Positions 59,536-64,000 of a stretch of DNA of 64,000 bases are shown here, piece by piece. Location: the IMG/VR virus record IMGVR_UViG_3300032070_000613, positions 1 to 64,000 of that record; one strand, written 5' to 3'. How positions within the stretch are numbered: position 1 is the first letter of the stretch; each line of letters begins with the position of its first letter. The notes beneath the pieces are model-generated. The model was not told the DNA's origin. It saw nothing but the letters and a program-made list of their open reading frames with translations, and did no database searches. This DNA comes from a virus. A program made the position numbers and the translations under genes.

Positions 59536-62500
59536 ATGGGATCGGAAATATTTAAATTAAAATCTCTCTACATGGATGATACGGTAGTCCGCGGCTCTCG
59601 CCTCAGCATAAAAAATGCTAAAGAGACTAAGACTATACTGACTAATCCCGGAAACGACCCCCAGGTAAAAACAGGGGAGACAGGCGTCAATGTCGAATAT
59701 ATCATACAATCCTCTCTGATAGGAAACGATCTCAAAGGTCAGGGCACGTTCACGAATAACAGCGACGTGGTCCGGGACTACAGCGGCCCCCAGAATATAA
59801 AACACAACGATATCATACGCCTCGACTCAGATATCACTTTCTATAATGTCACCGGGATACAGGGCACCGACATATATCTGCAGGAAAAATACGTCAAAAA
59901 AGATACGAGCACTCCTGATGTGCAGACAGGACCCGCTACAGTAAGAAAAGTAAAACTGGATAGCGTCCAGTATGAAAAAGTCAGAAACCCAGAACCCTCT
60001 ACCTATATCTATTACGACAAAGATAATATCGCCTGGGGTATAAAAGGTATACAACCCACCGGACCTTTTACGGCTCCTACAGCGGCAATGTCTTTTGAAA
60101 CCGGCATGAATATACAGTTTTTGCCGGGTACGAGCAGCAGTAAACCCGATCTCCTCACTATAGGCAGCGTCTATAAAACACTCGTAGATAATAACTCCAG
60201 CCCTATAGCCGATATCAGCCTCAGTCCTCTACCATATCCTCACGAGAGCCTGCAGGTCTATGAGGGACCAGCTAAAGGCAAACTGGATAAAAAAATCGAG
60301 GGTGAAGACTACGTCGTAAACTATAGCCAGAGTCCTGAATATAAAACTCCTATGCCACCCTACGAAGAAAGACAGGGGGCCTATTTAAAATTCCTGGATA
60401 AGCTGACTAATGAAGTCCAGGTGCCCTCGATCAATGCTACGTTTGAGGGCAATATAGCTATAACCAAACAAACAGGAGGGACTAATCTCGTCACTCCCGT
60501 GAGCGATATCATCCCCGGAGATAAGTTTTCTATAAAAGTGGGAGATGCTGAAAAAAGAACCAATGCGGAGTATATCGCCAACTATGCTGCCGGTATAGTG
60601 ACATTCGTGAAACATCGCAACTCTGAATATCTCATCGACAACATATCCTATATCAAAAAAATAATATGGGACGGCATCAGTGTCATCAAAGGCGTACCCG
60701 AGGGACAGGTACAGAACGTCTCTAGCCTGGTGATACCGCCTATATCGGGGCTGGCTGGAGTGAGCGGAATGGTCTGCTATGAGGACACAGACCAGAATAA
60801 TCTGATCAGAGACACCGATTATACGATAGATCCTGAGTCGGGGGCTATCGGTCTCACGACGCCTTTAAAAAGTACTGAATCCGTCCTGGTATCGTATTAT
60901 GTAGAGGGAGAGGATGTCACAGAAGAAGCCGTGGCCCTGAATGATATGCGGGTGAATAAATACCCGGTCATATCCGGATCTGTGACTATCACTAAAAAAT
61001 TTAGAGCGACTCAGGATAATCAGGAGACTACAAGTACAAAAATCCTGATAGAGGGACAGGACTATACTTTTTATTATACTACCGGCAGGATATCTTTGCT
61101 GAATGTCTCCGCGGAGGAGGAACTGCTATCACTCCAGGCAAACTATACTCCCATGGCCCAGATAAACTGCATCCTGCAGTCCGTCCCTGGAGACAACCTC
61201 AAATACAGAATGACCATCGTCGATGATATAGTCAAAGTGGTGGATGTAGAAAAATTGATTTTCAAAATAAATAATCCTGTGGTGTCCGCGCCGGTAAAAA
61301 ATCTTTTTCCTGATCAGTCTAACAACAAAAACTATACGTTCTCAGGTACGGTACTCCCTGGCAGTCTCCTATGGGTGAAAAATGAATCTGGTACTAAAAA
61401 TTTTGATGTGACGGGATATGGCTATGAAGATCTATCCAGGCAGATAGACCTGGATGAGACGCTGAGCGCTCAACGTCCTGAGACAGAAGAACTCATAGTA
61501 GCTACCTATAGTTTTGAGTCTGAGGTGCTCCCCTACGCTCCTGCTATAATCCTCAATGTGATATTCAATAGTGGGGACGACGGTTTTATAATCGAGGGTT
61601 TCAATAGGACCGATACACTCAAAGAGGGTATGATCCTCCGTGTGGATAATTTTGATCCCGAGCATACGTTCTATTTTAAAATCAAAGAAGTCTCGTATAA
61701 ATACGGCAATACTCTGGTGAAGCTATATGGCTCTTTCTCTGAAACCATAATCAACCCTACATTTTATTTGTTTGATGATACCGTGACCTGGGTGGATCTA
61801 CCGAGCGGGACTACGATAGACACTACAGCCCCTATACAGGCTGAGTCTATCATCCTCCACGGGAATCCTCTACAGATCAGTCAGAGTATAAAAAAAGATA
61901 CCATGCTGATGATAAACGATCAGCAGATTTATTCGGTGTCCTCCGTGACTACTGACGCGAATAAAACTACCATAGGGATATTCCCGTTTTTAGAACAGCC
62001 CGTCACAGGCACTATACGGTACTCGAGTCTGCCGGTACACACTGAGGGAGACACCAGGCTCCCCTCTCAATACCTCACCCTCCTGAGTCCTACGCAGCCA
62101 GCGTTTACTCTGAGCTATCAGGCTCCTACGGGGTTCGAGGGTAGCGCCAAAATCCTGATAGATAATAAAAAAATTGTGATTACAGAGGCCATCCGCGGTA
62201 TCGTGAATCCCGTGGCATATACCTACACGATAGCGGACTACACTGACCTATACTCCCTGGCAAAAGCCATCCAGGCGACTCCCTCTACCTATCGGACCAA
62301 TGTCCCGTGGGCGGGAGTGCCTGACTATAATCCGTTTACGATCTCTCCCGCAGGCGGCGCTCAGGAGGATTATTATCTCTCGGCAGGGGCCTGGAGTGCT
62401 GATTTGATCATACCGTTTGAGGACAGTACGCCTATAGATCTCCCCTATACGATCCAGATAGTGCCCGAGCTATTCAAATGGACTCTCCTCCAGGCTTTTG

Positions 62501-64000
62501 TATCTGAGTCCTCATTCCTGATAAAAAATGCTGACAGGACTGGTATGTTTCTCTCGGGTAACCTGCTGGCGTTTAGGAGCAGGATAGATGGAAAAATTTA
62601 TTTCTTCGAGGTAGATAAATCAAAACTCGTAGATGATCCTGATGACAGCACTAAAAAAAATACAGAGGTCGATCTAAAAGATTCTTTCAGGGTGAATTTG
62701 CTGAATCCTACAGTCTATAAGTACGACTCGGTATCCTGGGTCGATACAGACAATAGGATTTCAGATTTTGATTATGATCAATCTACACTGACTTTTGCAG
62801 GGGCTCCACAGGGTAATTTGAGAAAGGGCACTCTGCTGCAGATAGGCGGGAGATATATCTATCAGGTCACTGGAGTGACCGTCGATACTGACTCCTACAC
62901 TATAAAAATGTCCCCCGATCTTTCTACCGGGATGTCTTTAGAGAGCTATCCTGGTTTTATAAAACAGAGTACAGTCCCTGTCTATCTGGATGACATAGGT
63001 CCTCAGCCTTTCATGGCGCTACAGTATACTGTCCCTAAAGGGCATACTGGTAGTGCAAAAATAAAAGTAGACGTAGATAGTGTCACTCTGGTAGAGACTG
63101 TAGATAATTTCAGTACCAAGAGTACGACCCTCTTTTTTGAGGACTATGCTGATATCATCGAGCTCTCGAGTGCTTTAAAGGATGTGCCTTCATATGTCAC
63201 TCCGGATAAACCGTATACGGTCGTGATACCGGAGACCTATGTAGCATCTCTCAAAGGGGATGGTTTCAGCAATTTCAAACTGAGGCCTACATACGGTAGT
63301 TTTGTAGCGCTCCCGAGTAATATACTCATAGCGGTGTCTGCTTTTGAAATAAATTACACTGCTCCTGCGGGCTATGTAGGTGATGCAGAGGTCAAAATAT
63401 CTGATACTCGGATCCTCCTGAAAGAGACTATCGTAAATTATCATGCCGGGCAGGATGTCTCTAAAGAGATCAGGATAGATTACGCTGGCACTAAAGATCT
63501 GCAGGACATCGCGCTCAATTTGATCCCAGCGATTACATCTCTGGTACCCGGAGACGTCAAACCCTACTCCTGTACGCTTCTAAACGGGGCTCTATTCGAT
63601 AGGGGTCCGTGGGGGAGTACTCATGTGGTCCCGTACTCAGAGGACTATCTGGCGGCTCCTGTGAAGGTTTCAGGGGCTATAGACGGGGCCTACTGGTATG
63701 TGCTGGGGCCTCTGAATGAGCGCAGGCTGGTACAGGGTACTGATTACACGATAGAGACGGGTACTGTCACACTCACGAGTCCTATTATCGCGCTCGATCG
63801 TTTTAGATACAGCTATATGGGTCTGTGGAATCTGGCGGAGGATGAGGGGTCGGCTGTCACGTGCTCGTGTCGATATTTTACGACGCTGTCCACGGGGTCT
63901 CGTGTAGATGTTTACATGGACTACCTGAACATAGATCAATTTTATTTGCAGAAGCTCACTGAGAGGTTGTTTTCCCAGATAGTAGTAGCGCCTCAGATAA
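59536..64000 (+). CDS. Very large baseplate/tail-associated protein, partial (>1,480 aa, runs off the window end; not in the ORF track)
   Basis: ATG 59536 after AAGGA; same frame reads as protein at both ends with no stop noticed; repeated EG.DY/GTDY beta-sandwich motifs. Confidence 0.75.
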   Translation, partial: MGSEIFKLKSLYMDDTVVRGSRLSIKNAKETKTILTNPGNDPQVKTGETGVNVEYIIQSSLIGNDLKGQGTFTNNSDVVRDYSGPQNIKHNDIIRLDSDITFYNVTGIQGTDIYLQEKYVKKDTSTPDVQTGPATVRKVKLDSVQYEKVRNPEPSTYIYYDKDNIAWGIKGIQPTGPFTAPTAAMSFETGMNIQFLPGTSSSKPDLLTIGSVYKTLVDNNSSPIADISLSPLPYPHESLQVYEGPAKGKLDKKIEGEDYVVNYSQSPEYKTPMPPYEERQGAYLKFLDKLTNEVQVPSINATFEGNIAITKQTGGTNLVTPVSDIIPGDKFSIKVGDAEKRTNAEYIANYAAGIVTFVKHRNSEYLIDNISYIKKIIWDGISVIKGVPEGQVQNVSSLVIPPISGLAGVSGMVCYEDTDQNNLIRDTDYTIDPESGAIGLTTPLKSTESVLVSYYVEGEDVTEEAVALNDMRVNKYPVISGSVTITKKFRATQDNQETTSTKILIEGQDYTFYYTTGRISLLNVSAEEELLSLQANYTPMAQINCILQSVPGDNLKYRMTIVDDIVKVVDVEKLIFKINNPVVSAPVKNLFPDQSNNKNYTFSGTVLPGSLLWVKNESGTKNFDVTGYGYEDLSRQIDLDETLSAQRPETEELIVATYSFESEVLPYAPAIILNVIFNSGDDGFIIEGFNRTDTLKEGMILRVDNFDPEHTFYFKIKEVSYKYGNTLVKLYGSFSETIINPTFYLFDDTVTWVDLPSGTTIDTTAPIQAESIILHGNPLQISQSIKKDTMLMINDQQIYSVSSVTTDANKTTIGIFPFLEQPVTGTIRYSSLPVHTEGDTRLPSQYLTLLSPTQPAFTLSYQAPTGFEGSAKILIDNKKIVITEAIRGIVNPVAYTYTIADYTDLYSLAKAIQATPSTYRTNVPWAGVPDYNPFTISPAGGAQEDYYLSAGAWSADLIIPFEDSTPIDLPYTIQIVPELFKWTLLQAFVSESSFLIKNADRTGMFLSGNLLAFRSRIDGKIYFFEVDKSKLVDDPDDSTKKNTEVDLKDSFRVNLLNPTVYKYDSVSWVDTDNRISDFDYDQSTLTFAGAPQGNLRKGTLLQIGGRYIYQVTGVTVDTDSYTIKMSPDLSTGMSLESYPGFIKQSTVPVYLDDIGPQPFMALQYTVPKGHTGSAKIKVDVDSVTLVETVDNFSTKSTTLFFEDYADIIELSSALKDVPSYVTPDKPYTVVIPETYVASLKGDGFSNFKLRPTYGSFVALPSNILIAVSAFEINYTAPAGYVGDAEVKISDTRILLKETIVNYHAGQDVSKEIRIDYAGTKDLQDIALNLIPAITSLVPGDVKPYSCTLLNGALFDRGPWGSTHVVPYSEDYLAAPVKVSGAIDGAYWYVLGPLNERRLVQGTDYTIETGTVTLTSPIIALDRFRYSYMGLWNLAEDEGSAVTCSCRYFTTLSTGSRVDVYMDYLNIDQFYLQKLTERLFSQIVVAPQI

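Noticed and set aside
448-63939. Most minus-strand and nested ORFs in the track (e.g. 2099..2779, 4264..4980, 14912..15778, 27339..28319)
   Set aside because: Antisense shadows of real + strand genes, with no RBS or recognisable motifs
1-64000. tRNA or rRNA genes
   Set aside because: No cloverleaf with T-loop consensus or rRNA-like sequence seen in the intergenic gaps

Overview
This window is the virion morphogenesis region of a large, probably jumbo, contractile-tailed phage, almost all on the + strand. The order is: prohead protease, scaffold, two tandem decoration paralogues, HK97-type major capsid protein, an accessory block, neck and appendage genes, an actin-like ATPase, tail sheath, tube, chaperones, tape measure, a lytic transglycosylase, hub, spike, and a >1,480-aa baseplate gene that runs off the window end. 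Selfish elements are an IsrB with its omega-RNA fused to an extra DNA-binding module, a free LAGLIDADG gene, a Zn-ribbon PD-(D/E)XK nuclease, an intein, and a non-autonomous IS200/IS605 tnpB element with both ends resolvable. The best candidates for undescribed biology are: (1) a probable virion O-glycosylation system, with a five-module glycosyltransferase next to structural proteins rich in a G-[VI]-T-G motif; (2) putative head-packaged cargo proteins sharing a [KR]-x-A-[SAG] motif, including an NDT-like/Acb1-like 2H-phosphoesterase fusion; (3) the IsrB fusion with its own promoter and a fixed guide; (4) a covarying RNA hairpin in front of two capsid genes; (5) a GNAT + PAPS-reductase + ParB cassette; (6) a 16-bp phage promoter motif and two candidate ncRNAs. 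All product calls come from motif recognition and gene order; no database search was run.
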